Part shown: piece after piece, positions 8,874 to 17,583 of the stretch
Layout: every line of letters begins with the position of its first letter
How positions within the stretch are numbered: the stretch's first letter is position 1
NCBI GenBank assembly: GCA_035285545.1
Contig: JAYKGY010000060.1
Location: 1 to 21,594, forward strand
Direction of reading: 5' to 3'
DNA: 21,594 bases
DNA from: Snowella sp.
Lineage (GTDB): Bacteria; Cyanobacteriota; Cyanobacteriia; Cyanobacteriales; Microcystaceae
Made by a program: the position numbers and the translations under genes
Notes under the pieces: model-generated
What the model was told of the DNA's origin: nothing
The model's input: the letters and a program-made list of their open reading frames with translations, nothing else
The model's database searches: none

Positions 8874-9809
8874 TCAGGAAAAATCACCTAAAATCTTAAC
8901 TTCGGGTTCCAATAATAAAGAACAGTGGGAATAAACCTGTTCCTGAACGTGCTGGATTAAGCGATAAATATCCTGAGCCTTGGCATTGCCTGCATTTAAG
9001 ATAAAATTCGCGTGACGGTGAGAGACTTCTGCATCCCCAATGCGATAGCCTTTTAACCCTAAACTTTCGATGATCCGTGCTGCATACTGGGGCGTAGGAT
9101 TGCGGAAAACACTGCCACAGCTGGGCTTGTCGTAGGGTTGGGAATTTTTGCGTTGATGGAGGTTATGGGTGGTTTGGGCCATGACTTCTTCACGAGTAAA
9201 TCCCATTCTTAACTGAAAAGTGGCTTCAACGACTAAGCGGCGATCGCCTTGTAAATTAGAAGTCCGATAACTAAAGCCCAATTCTTCTGCCGTTAAGGTT
9301 TCTAGGGTTCCATCGGGAGATAACACTAAGGCACTGACCAAGCACTCAGAAGTAGATTGATTATGGGCCCCCGCATTCATCACCACTGCACCACCAACGG
9401 TTCCAGGGATGCCCACAGCCCACTCTAACCCTAACCAACCGAGTTTTGCAGCTTTCCAAGCAATTTTCGCGATCGGTTCCCCTGCGGCTGCGGTAATCCG
9501 TCCAGTCTCTAAATCAATTTGGCTTTGACGGAGATAACGGGTACTGACCACCAAGCCAGGAATTCCTTGATCACTAATCAACAGATTAGAACCGGCTCCC
9601 AGTAAGGTCAGTGGCATATCTTGGTGCTGAAACCAACCAAAAATAGAATAGAGATCTTCCTGAGTCCGAGGAGCCGTATACCATTCTGCTGCCCCCCCAA
9701 CACGGTAAGAGGTGTAATCCGCCAAGGAGGTCTGGGGATGAATCAACGCATTAGTTTGTGCTAACTGAATAGGAGCCGAAAAGGATTTAGAAAGGGTAGA
9801 AAAGGTCAT
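8874..9809 (-). CDS. murB: UDP-N-acetylenolpyruvoylglucosamine reductase
   Basis: YRVGGAA, LGAGSNLL, GIPGTVGGAVVMNAGA, SCGSVFRNP, HANFILN and LEPEV. I prefer the ATG at 9809 to the TTG at 9845. Confidence 0.96.
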   Translation of the reverse strand: MTFSTLSKSFSAPIQLAQTNALIHPQTSLADYTSYRVGGAAEWYTAPRTQEDLYSIFGWFQHQDMPLTLLGAGSNLLISDQGIPGLVVSTRYLRQSQIDLETGRITAAAGEPIAKIAWKAAKLGWLGLEWAVGIPGTVGGAVVMNAGAHNQSTSECLVSALVLSPDGTLETLTAEELGFSYRTSNLQGDRRLVVEATFQLRMGFTREEVMAQTTHNLHQRKNSQPYDKPSCGSVFRNPTPQYAARIIESLGLKGYRIGDAEVSHRHANFILNAGNAKAQDIYRLIQHVQEQVYSHCSLLLEPEVKILGDFS

Positions 9810-9974
9810 GGTGAATTTAGAAGCTTGGCTGCGAATCAACGACAAAAAATAATAAGAGAGGGGGAGTAAGGCGGTAAGGCATTCAATTAGGATTTAAAGG
9901 CTAAAGACTGGGAATAAACGGTGGGGTTCCTCTTTGTCTACAATCTGTAAACTTTAATGATTGAACAAAATCCG

Positions 9975-11477
9975 TTAAGGGGTACAAAGGGATAACACCT
10001 CAGGAATAATTTGGTTTAAGTTTCCTGCCCCTAAAAATAGCGTTAAATCACCTGATTGTAAAATAGTCGGCAAAAATTGGGTGAGTTCTGTCAAGGAAGG
10101 TTGATAAATAACGTTGGGATGGTATTTTTTCACGGCGGCGACTAAATCTTCTCCATGAATATTCCAGGTGTTGGTTTCCCCTGCGCTATAAATATCGGTC
10201 AAGATCACTAAATCTGCATCCTTAAAGGACTGGGCAAATTCTTCGAGAAAAATACTGGTTCGGCTATAGCGGTGGGGTTGAAAGATCGCGATCGCGCGGG
10301 AGTATAGGCCATGTTCTACTTTTTGACGCGCCGCCGACAGGGTGGCAATCAGTTCACTGGGATGATGGGCATAGTCATCAATAAAGGTAATGTTATTGGC
10401 GATGCCTTTAAGTTCAAACCGTCGTTTGGCACCCCCAAAACTCGCGATCGCGCCTGCAATGGTTTCAAAATCAATCCCTAACAGCCGACCCACGGCCACT
10501 GCGGCGAGAGAATTACTAATATTGTGCTCTCCGGGTAAGCCCACTTGCATCGTGCCCAGGTATTGCCCCCGTTCCCAGACCTCGACGACGCTATGACCAG
10601 CTTGATAGGAAATATTTTTAACGGTGTAATCCGCTTGTTTATCGGGAGATAGGCTGTAGGTAATTTTCGGATTGAGACGAGACAGAACCACCTCGCAATC
10701 AGCACAACCCACAACGGTCTCACAGTTATCGGCAAAGGTGGTAAAAATACTAACAACCTGTTCTAAGGTTGAATAATGGTCGGGGTGGTCTAATTCAATG
10801 TTGGTGACAACGCCAATTTGGGGTTGATGCTTCACCAGCGAGCCATCAGACTCATCGGTTTCTGCCACTAAATATTTTCCTTCTCCTAAACGGGCATTGC
10901 CTCCCCAGGCATCCACTTCTCCGCCCACAATAATCGTTGGGTCTAATCCTGCTTCAAGTAATACATAACCGATCAGGCTACTGGTGGTGGTTTTGCCGTG
11001 GGTTCCTGCGACCCCGATGCTGTGATAATCTTTGATCAGAGCCGCTAATACGTCCGAGCGATGGAAGATTGGGCATCCTTTTTCAACGGCAGCTTGGTAT
11101 TCTTCATTTTTACTGGCGATCGCGGTTGAACAAATCACTTGCGGCAGTAAGGACAGTGAATGGGAAGGATGGTCATTGCTCGATTCCCGTACCGAGGAAC
11201 TAATATCCTGGTGATTTGAAGCTTGACCAACAAGCGCCGGCACCTTATCGATATTACTCGTTTGTAGAGATTGAAAAATATCTAAATTGCTAGCGACTTG
11301 CTGATTAAAAATCTTCACCCCAACGGACTGTAAACGTTCCGTAATCGAATTAGGACGAATATCTGAACCGGAAACAGGGAAATCACGCTTCGCTAAAACA
11401 TAAGCTAATGCCGACATCCCAATCCCCCCCACACCAATAAAATGGAAGGGACGACCGCTAAAATCAACCGTTTTCAC
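9975..11477 (-). CDS. murC: UDP-N-acetylmuramate--L-alanine ligase
   Basis: HFIGVGGIGMSALA, GTHGKTTT, ETDESDGS, DHPDHY, DDYAHHP, FQPHRYSR and GAG; GTG start. Confidence 0.98.
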   Translation of the reverse strand: MKTVDFSGRPFHFIGVGGIGMSALAYVLAKRDFPVSGSDIRPNSITERLQSVGVKIFNQQVASNLDIFQSLQTSNIDKVPALVGQASNHQDISSSVRESSNDHPSHSLSLLPQVICSTAIASKNEEYQAAVEKGCPIFHRSDVLAALIKDYHSIGVAGTHGKTTTSSLIGYVLLEAGLDPTIIVGGEVDAWGGNARLGEGKYLVAETDESDGSLVKHQPQIGVVTNIELDHPDHYSTLEQVVSIFTTFADNCETVVGCADCEVVLSRLNPKITYSLSPDKQADYTVKNISYQAGHSVVEVWERGQYLGTMQVGLPGEHNISNSLAAVAVGRLLGIDFETIAGAIASFGGAKRRFELKGIANNITFIDDYAHHPSELIATLSAARQKVEHGLYSRAIAIFQPHRYSRTSIFLEEFAQSFKDADLVILTDIYSAGETNTWNIHGEDLVAAVKKYHPNVIYQPSLTELTQFLPTILQSGDLTLFLGAGNLNQIIPEVLSLCTP

Positions 11478-11730
11478 TGTAATAGTTCCTCACATGCCAC
11501 ACGTAATTTTAAAATGCTCTCACCTCGTTAGGCGATATCATACCAAAAAGTATTCATTTAGGAATAGGTATATTACCTACAAATCGCGATAGGCTTATTA
11601 GATTATTCATAAATGTACAGATATTGCACTTCTAGTCGGCAAAAGCGTTAGTGCTAGAGCGACATTATTCCAACTGAACTTCTTGACAAGAAATTGTAAA
11701 GTTGGGGATCGAAGTGTTCTGTCTTCAGGA

Positions 11731-11736
11731 TATGAT
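11731..11736 (+). promoter_or_regulatory. Putative -10 box (TATGAT) of gap2
   Basis: TATGAT (5 of 6 to TATAAT) about 55 nt upstream of the GTG start; GAGGG RBS before the start. Confidence 0.45.
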
Positions 11737-11791
11737 TGGTGTCATTAATAATTTTTTAATGTACTTAGCAAGAAAACGAGGGTAAGACGCA

Positions 11792-12808
11792 GTGACCAGA
11801 GTAGCTATCAACGGGTTTGGACGAATTGGGCGTAACTTTTTACGATGCTGGCTAGGACGCACAGACAGCAACATCGAAGTAGTAGGCATTAATGACACTT
11901 CCGATCCAAGTACCAATGCCCATTTGTTGAGATACGATTCCATGCTAGGCAAATTAGAGAATGCCGATATTCGCGCGGATGAAAACTCCATCATTATCAA
12001 CGGTAAAACCATTAAATGTGTTTCTGACCGTAACCCTTTAAACTTGCCCTGGGCTGATTGGGGAATTGACCTCATTATCGAATCTACGGGTGTGTTTGTG
12101 GATTATGAAGGGGCTTCTAAACACATTACCGCAGGGGCTAAAAAGGTCTTGATTACCGCTCCTGGTAAAGGTGCTAATGTCGGCACGTTTGTGATGGGCG
12201 TTAACCATGCAGACTATAAACACGATGAATTCAATGTCGTCAGTAATGCCAGTTGCACCACGAACTGTTTAGCTCCCATTGTCAAAGTCATTCATGAGCA
12301 ATTTGGCATCATCAAAGGGACAATGACCACGACCCATAGCTACACCGGCGATCAGCGCATTCTGGATGCCAGCCATCGGGATTTACGACGGGCCAGAGCC
12401 GCAGCCGTCAATATTGTTCCCACCTCTACCGGAGCCGCCAAAGCCGTTGCCCTCGTTATTCCTGAAATGAAAGGAAAATTAAACGGGATTGCCCTTCGGG
12501 TTCCGACTCCGAACGTTTCTGTGGTTGACCTCGTGGTTCAGGTGGAAAAAGGCACGATCGCCGAACAAGTGAATGAAGTGCTACAAGAAGCCTCGAATAC
12601 TTACTTAAAAGGCATTTTAGACTACACCGACTTGCCCTTAGTTTCCAGTGATTTCCGAGGAACCGATTGTTCTTCTACCGTTGATGGCAGCCTAACGATG
12701 GTCATGGGCGGCGACATGGTTAAAGTCGTTGCTTGGTACGACAATGAATGGGGCTATTCTCAACGGGTTGTGGATTTAGCCGAACACATCGCGAAAAGCT
12801 GGAAATAA
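11792..12808 (+). CDS. gap2: NAD(P)-dependent glyceraldehyde-3-phosphate dehydrogenase (Calvin cycle)
   Basis: [20 protein letters not shown], active site [22 protein letters not shown] and WYDNEWGYS. Gap2/GapA-type signatures. Confidence 0.97.
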   Translation: MTRVAINGFGRIGRNFLRCWLGRTDSNIEVVGINDTSDPSTNAHLLRYDSMLGKLENADIRADENSIIINGKTIKCVSDRNPLNLPWADWGIDLIIESTGVFVDYEGASKHITAGAKKVLITAPGKGANVGTFVMGVNHADYKHDEFNVVSNASCTTNCLAPIVKVIHEQFGIIKGTMTTTHSYTGDQRILDASHRDLRRARAAAVNIVPTSTGAAKAVALVIPEMKGKLNGIALRVPTPNVSVVDLVVQVEKGTIAEQVNEVLQEASNTYLKGILDYTDLPLVSSDFRGTDCSSTVDGSLTMVMGGDMVKVVAWYDNEWGYSQRVVDLAEHIAKSWK

Positions 12809-12843
12809 TTTCCGACCAAACGGTTGAAAGCATCGATTAAACT

Positions 12844-12880
12844 AGCAGGCAGGCAGATTTTGGTTTGCTTGCTTTTTACT
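12844..12880 (+). terminator. Intrinsic terminator of gap2
   Basis: AGCAGGCAGGC-AGATTTTG-GTTTGCTTGCT forms an 11-bp stem with G-U pairs, followed by a T-rich tract. Confidence 0.8.
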
Positions 12881-12934
12881 TTTCAATCGGATTTAAGGGC
12901 CTTAGTCCTAGCGTTCAAGGTAATATTTGAATTC

Positions 12935-14440
12935 ATGAAGGATTTTTTAAAAATCATAAAAAACAGTCTTGTCAAACAGGCTTCTTTTTATGGGCTTTTT
13001 CTCCTCATTCTCTTAATGAGTGGAATGGGTGGCGAACCGAAAAACACTAGCGCGATCGCCCAAATTAGCACCATTAATTTTAGTGGAACGGTCAAAACCG
13101 ATGTAGCGGAGGACGGGCCCCTTGCCTTAACGTCTCAACTCTTGACCAAAGTTGATCGCATTTTTTCTCAACAGTTTGCCGATCATCTCAACGTTATTCC
13201 GAAAAATAATTTACCCCTCCTCGAACTCCCGGACTTTTTAGCCAATATTGACCGAATAACGGGGACGAAATCGGCCATTGTCTATGTCTATCTCCAACCC
13301 GTTGGCAGAAATATTATCCAAGAGGCAACGGAAGCAGGGCCCTTAGATTCCTTAACTGGCGGTGTTTTACCACCGAATCGAGACCCCCAACCAACGGATG
13401 AATTAGTGTTAATTGTGGCAACGGCCCAAGGACTTTTTACACCAGTTCCCGTATCCAATGTCAATCGTCGAGACTTACTCGCACTCCAGCAACAATTTCA
13501 AAATAATTTAACTCGAATTACGCCTAAAGAAATTTATTTACCCCAATCGACGCAATTTTATGAATGGTTAGTCACTCCTATGCAAGAAATTTTGCAAAAA
13601 CAGCGGATTACCCATCTCAGTTTTATTCTGGATACGGGGTTGCGGTCTTTACCGATCGCGGCCCTTTATAACCCCCGTCGAGAAAAATATTTAGTCGAAG
13701 AATTTAGCCTCGGCCTCATGCCCAGTTTGTCTTTAACGAATGTGACACGTCCCAAATCGAAGGAAACGAAGCTATTAGCAATGGGAGCGGATACCTTTCC
13801 CGACCAGAATCCCCTACCGGCAGTGCCCTTGGAGTTGGATCTGATTGGCAACATTTTGTCGAAGGGAACCATTTATTTAAACCAAAATTTTACAGTTAAT
13901 AACTTTAAAAAAGCGGTGACTTCCCGTGAATATGGCATCGTTCACTTAGCGACGCATGGAGAATTTTTACCCGGCGATCGCAATAATTCCTTTGTGGTTT
14001 TTAGCGATCAGAATCTCAAAATGGATCAATTTGCCAATACGGGACTCGATCAAACCGTTGATTTAATGACCCTATCTGCTTGCCGTACTGCTTTAGGAGA
14101 TGCCCAAGCCGAATTAGGGTTTACCGGATTGGCCGTTAAAACTGGGGTGAGAACCGCGATCGGGAGTTTATGGTACGTCAGTGATGAGGGCACATTTGCT
14201 TTGATGACTAACTTTTACAAGGCTTTACAGCAATCTCCCACCAAGGCTGAATCCCTCCGAAGAGCGCAACGGGACTTAATTGAAAAAAGATTTGAATCCA
14301 ACGGCACAGAAATTATCTTTAATGATTTAAAAATTCCGCTAACCGCATTTCCTGAAAATATTCGGAAATCTTTGATCACAAAAGATTTAAGCCATCCCTA
14401 CTATTGGAGTGCCTTTACCCTAGTCGGAAATCCCTGGTAA
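12935..14440 (+). CDS. CHAT-domain (caspase-HetF-like) cysteine protease with N-terminal signal peptide
   Basis: FYEWLVTP, LRSLPIAALY, catalytic VHLATHG and TLSAC, SLWYVSDEGT and HPYYWSAF. I prefer the ATG at 12935 because the TTG at 12824 would run through the gap2 terminator. Confidence 0.92.
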   Translation: MKDFLKIIKNSLVKQASFYGLFLLILLMSGMGGEPKNTSAIAQISTINFSGTVKTDVAEDGPLALTSQLLTKVDRIFSQQFADHLNVIPKNNLPLLELPDFLANIDRITGTKSAIVYVYLQPVGRNIIQEATEAGPLDSLTGGVLPPNRDPQPTDELVLIVATAQGLFTPVPVSNVNRRDLLALQQQFQNNLTRITPKEIYLPQSTQFYEWLVTPMQEILQKQRITHLSFILDTGLRSLPIAALYNPRREKYLVEEFSLGLMPSLSLTNVTRPKSKETKLLAMGADTFPDQNPLPAVPLELDLIGNILSKGTIYLNQNFTVNNFKKAVTSREYGIVHLATHGEFLPGDRNNSFVVFSDQNLKMDQFANTGLDQTVDLMTLSACRTALGDAQAELGFTGLAVKTGVRTAIGSLWYVSDEGTFALMTNFYKALQQSPTKAESLRRAQRDLIEKRFESNGTEIIFNDLKIPLTAFPENIRKSLITKDLSHPYYWSAFTLVGNPW

Positions 14441-14556
14441 ATTTGGGTTAAATTGTCTTGAATGTGGCTGGGAAAATCTCCTGATGATCGGTCACCCACG
14501 AATCAATACATTTGCAATGAAGCAATTTTAAGTTCAATTCCCCTAAGATCATCAGA

Positions 14557-14565
14557 TGGTACAAT
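14557..14565 (+). promoter_or_regulatory. Extended -10 promoter (TGgTACAAT) for bioB-bioY
   Basis: TG-n-TACAAT about 40 nt upstream of the GTG start. Confidence 0.5.
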
Positions 14566-14604
14566 GCAGAATACCTAAGAAACGACACAAATTGGTAGGC
14601 AAAC

Positions 14605-15714
14605 GTGGTTACATCCCTTCCCTCTCCTAACCTTTCCTCAAAATCAACGGCATCATTCCGTCTGACTCCTCCCCAAGCAACGCCCGCCTTAAAAATCTGG
14701 TTAGCTCAGTGGGTAGAACGGATTATTGCAGGAGAGCGAATCCACAAAGAAACCGCGATCGCGCTCAGTCAGATTGAAGGCGAAGACAATATTCTGGCTT
14801 TGTGTGAAGCTGCCGACCAAATTCGTCAAGCTTGTTGTGGAAATGTGGTAGATCTCTGTAGCATTATTAACGTTAAATCAGGGAACTGCTCGGAAAATTG
14901 CGGTTACTGCTCCCAATCCTCCCATCATCAAAGCCCCGATTCTCCCATTTATGGGCTAAAAACCGCTGAAGAGATCCTCGCCCAAGCAAAAGCCGCCGAA
15001 GCCGCCGGAGCCAAACGCTTTTGTTTAGTGAGTCAAGGGCGCGGGCCCAAATACAATAGCCCGAAATCCCAAGAATTTGAGGAAATTTTAGCAACCGTCC
15101 GCCAAATTATTACGGAAACCCAGATCAAACCCTGTTGCGCCCTGGGAGAAATTACCCTAGAACAAGCGGAACAACTCAAAGCCGCCGGTGTCACCCGTTA
15201 CAACCATAATCTTGAAGCCTCCGAAAATTTTTATCCCGAAGTCGTCACGACCCACTCCTGGCAAGATCGGGTAAATACGGTTAAAAACCTCAAAGCGGTG
15301 GGCATTCAAGCCTGCACAGGGGGGATTGTGGGAATGGGAGAAAGCTGGGAAGACCGCATTGACTTGGCCCTCTCTTTACGGGAATTAGAAGTCGAATCGG
15401 TTCCGCTGAATTTATTAAATGCGCGGCCAGGCACCCCCTTAGCCGATCAAGGAAAACTCAACCCCTACGAAGCCCTCAAAGCGATCGCGATTTTCCGGTT
15501 CATTTTGCCGCAACAAATTATTCGCTATGCAGGCGGTCGGGAAGCCGTCATGGGAAGCCTACAAAGTTTGGGCTTAAAATCAGGAATTAATGCTATGCTG
15601 ATTGGGCATTACTTGACCACCCTAGGTCAACCACCCGAACAAGACCAAGCAATGCTGCAATCTTTAGGATTAGAAGGGGGAGAAGCTCCAATTCCCGGTG
15701 AATATCAATCCTAA
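14605..15714 (+). CDS. bioB: Biotin synthase
   Basis: Radical SAM motif CSENCGYC, RFCLV, YNHNLE, CTGGIVGMGE, VPLN and GHYLTTLG. Confidence 0.97.
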   Translation: MVTSLPSPNLSSKSTASFRLTPPQATPALKIWLAQWVERIIAGERIHKETAIALSQIEGEDNILALCEAADQIRQACCGNVVDLCSIINVKSGNCSENCGYCSQSSHHQSPDSPIYGLKTAEEILAQAKAAEAAGAKRFCLVSQGRGPKYNSPKSQEFEEILATVRQIITETQIKPCCALGEITLEQAEQLKAAGVTRYNHNLEASENFYPEVVTTHSWQDRVNTVKNLKAVGIQACTGGIVGMGESWEDRIDLALSLRELEVESVPLNLLNARPGTPLADQGKLNPYEALKAIAIFRFILPQQIIRYAGGREAVMGSLQSLGLKSGINAMLIGHYLTTLGQPPEQDQAMLQSLGLEGGEAPIPGEYQS

Positions 15715-16357
15715 TCAAGATCCCACAGACCCGATCACGGAAGAAACGACCCCAGCGGTCAAATTGTCCCTTCCGGTAGAAATTTTATTGTCTATCATCG
15801 GGTTACTCCTAACGATTTTCAGTACTTTCGTCGAAGCTTTTATCACCAATCCGCCCTGGGAATGGATGAGTAAAGGCGTTTATTCCCACTCTTTGGGGAT
15901 CACCTATCAAATTGGAGCCGTTTTACTCACGGGTTGCTTAGGGGGAAAAAATGTGGGTACCCTTTCCCAGGTTGCCTATGTTCTCTTAGGCCTAGCTTGG
16001 TTGCCGATCTTTGCCCACGGGGGCGGCTGGGACTACTGGAAACAACCCACCTTTGGCTATATCTTAGGCTTTATTCCAGGGGCTTGGATCTGTGGATACC
16101 TAGCGTTTCGCACGAAGGTCAAGATTGAAACCCTCGCGGTTAGTTCCTTGTCGGGCTTGGGGGTTATCCATTGCTGTGGAATGCTGTATTTATTGGTGTT
16201 GGTGTTGCTAAAACCGATCCATCCCCCGCTACTGACTTGGAGCAGTCTGCCTGATGCGATTTTGAATTATTCAATTTTTGCCTTGCCGGGTCAAATTATC
16301 TTGGTTTGTATGGTGGCGGTGCTGGCATTTTTTGCCCGAAAGCTACTTTTTTATTAA
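15698..16357 (+). CDS. bioY: Biotin transporter BioY
   Basis: Hydrophobic protein with ITYQ, AYVLLGLAWLPIFAHGGG and PTFGYILGF; overlaps bioB by 17 nt. Confidence 0.93.
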   Translation: MNINPNQDPTDPITEETTPAVKLSLPVEILLSIIGLLLTIFSTFVEAFITNPPWEWMSKGVYSHSLGITYQIGAVLLTGCLGGKNVGTLSQVAYVLLGLAWLPIFAHGGGWDYWKQPTFGYILGFIPGAWICGYLAFRTKVKIETLAVSSLSGLGVIHCCGMLYLLVLVLLKPIHPPLLTWSSLPDAILNYSIFALPGQIILVCMVAVLAFFARKLLFY

Positions 16358-16549
16358 ATCTGTTTAACGCTTCGTTTTTTTTCGCTAATCTTTTTTTCAT
16401 GACTTTATTTAAAAACCTGATATTTGAAAGTTTAGCGTCTGTCAAAATCCTCTTCCAGGGCGATGATCAAATTCCTCCGATTTTTGTAAGGTTAAACAGC
16501 AATTTTTTGATGGGTTTCTGGCTTGCTCTTCTCTAAGGTTTAGTTTCCG

Positions 16550-17032
16550 ATGAAAAAAAATCCCGTTTTTTGGATAGTCGCGATCGCCGGCATTGTGCTA
16601 GATCAACTGACGAAATATTGGATTGTTAGCACCTTTGGGCAAGTGGGGACAAGCTGGGCAATTATTCCCAATGTTTTTCATCTTACCTATGTCACCAATA
16701 CCGGAGCCGCCTTCAGTTTCTTTCGCGGAGGGGCGGGATGGTTAAAATGGCTGTCCTTGGGGGTTAGTCTGGGCTTAATGGTACTGGCTTGGCGATCGCC
16801 GAAACTGTCGAAACTGGAGCAAACCGCCTATGGATTTATCCTAGCTGGGGCTTTAGGAAACGGCATTGATCGATTCTTTTTAGGGCATGTAACGGATTTT
16901 TTGCATTTTCGCCTCATTAATTTTCCCATTTTTAATCTGGCAGATGTGTGGATTAATGTCGGGATTATTTGTCTGCTTTTAGCCAATTTTCCCCTAGAAA
17001 GTGTTGCCAAAAAAAGAAATCCCCCTTCCTAG
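16550..17032 (+). CDS. lspA: Lipoprotein signal peptidase II
   Basis: DQLTK, NTGAAFS, GALGNGIDR, VTDF and FNLAD motifs. Confidence 0.97.
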   Translation: MKKNPVFWIVAIAGIVLDQLTKYWIVSTFGQVGTSWAIIPNVFHLTYVTNTGAAFSFFRGGAGWLKWLSLGVSLGLMVLAWRSPKLSKLEQTAYGFILAGALGNGIDRFFLGHVTDFLHFRLINFPIFNLADVWINVGIICLLLANFPLESVAKKRNPPS

Positions 17033-17236
17033 AATCTGGGCAATGACGATTACTCTCCCTAAAGCCAATGAACCGACATAAACGTGCACGGAGGAAGCTT
17101 GGACTAAACGCCCATCAGTGCGAGAAAAATTGTCTATTTTGGGGGAACTTTTGATCAAAACTGAACCGAAAAGCTCAATCTTTTTAGCAATATACTCAGG
17201 CTGAAACCGTATCATGGCTGCTTAAAATTCTTAAAA

Positions 17237-17383
17237 TTAAGGATTGATCAAGCCAGTAAAAAGACTAATGAGATACAAAGCCAAAGGGAGTATCAGCAAT
17301 ATCCCCCTTACGGTTGTTGTGGTTGATGGCGTAATATTGTCAGGGGGATTTAATTCTGAGTCGCGCTTCAAATTAACAGTCAT
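17237..17383 (-). CDS. Putative 48-aa single-pass membrane protein (not in the ORF track)
   Basis: Hand translation: MTVNLKRDSELNPPDNITPSTTTTVRGILLILPLALYLISLFTGLINP. ATG start, polar N-terminus and a roughly 20-aa hydrophobic C-terminal helix; fully intergenic. Confidence 0.5.
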   Translation of the reverse strand: MTVNLKRDSELNPPDNITPSTTTTVRGILLILPLALYLISLFTGLINP

Positions 17384-17583
17384 ATTTTTAAGGGTGACTA
17401 AAATAATAGGCTATTACTCTAGCCTGAAATAATCAACGCCGATCAGCATCCCTAAATTGAGAGATTTTTTATTGATCAATAATCTATTAAATAAAAAAGA
17501 AACCCTGGTTAGTGATTGAATTAACAGGGGAGTATCTTAATGTTTCATCACCCGAATAAATCCGTATGGGAGTGACGCGGTAA

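Noticed and set aside
10390..12223. ORFs 10390-10596, 10478-10756, 11032-11214, 11725-12075 and 12038-12223
   Set aside because: Antisense or off-frame shadows of murC and gap2 with no recognisable motifs.
14481..14555. 9-bp inverted repeat CTGATGATC...GATCATCAG upstream of bioB as a biotin operator
   Set aside because: The 57-bp spacing and the sequence do not fit a BirA site, and a 9-mer containing GATC is expected by chance.
13666..17010. ORFs 13666-13872, 14873-15094, 15934-16128, 16306-16536 and 16828-17010
   Set aside because: Shadow frames of the CHAT gene, bioB, bioY and lspA. The hydrophobicity of 16306-16536 reflects T-rich intergenic DNA.
16994..17215. 73-aa minus-strand ORF
   Set aside because: ATG start but no recognisable family, and it overlaps the lspA 3' end. 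Not called as a feature; mentioned only with the 48-aa ORF.
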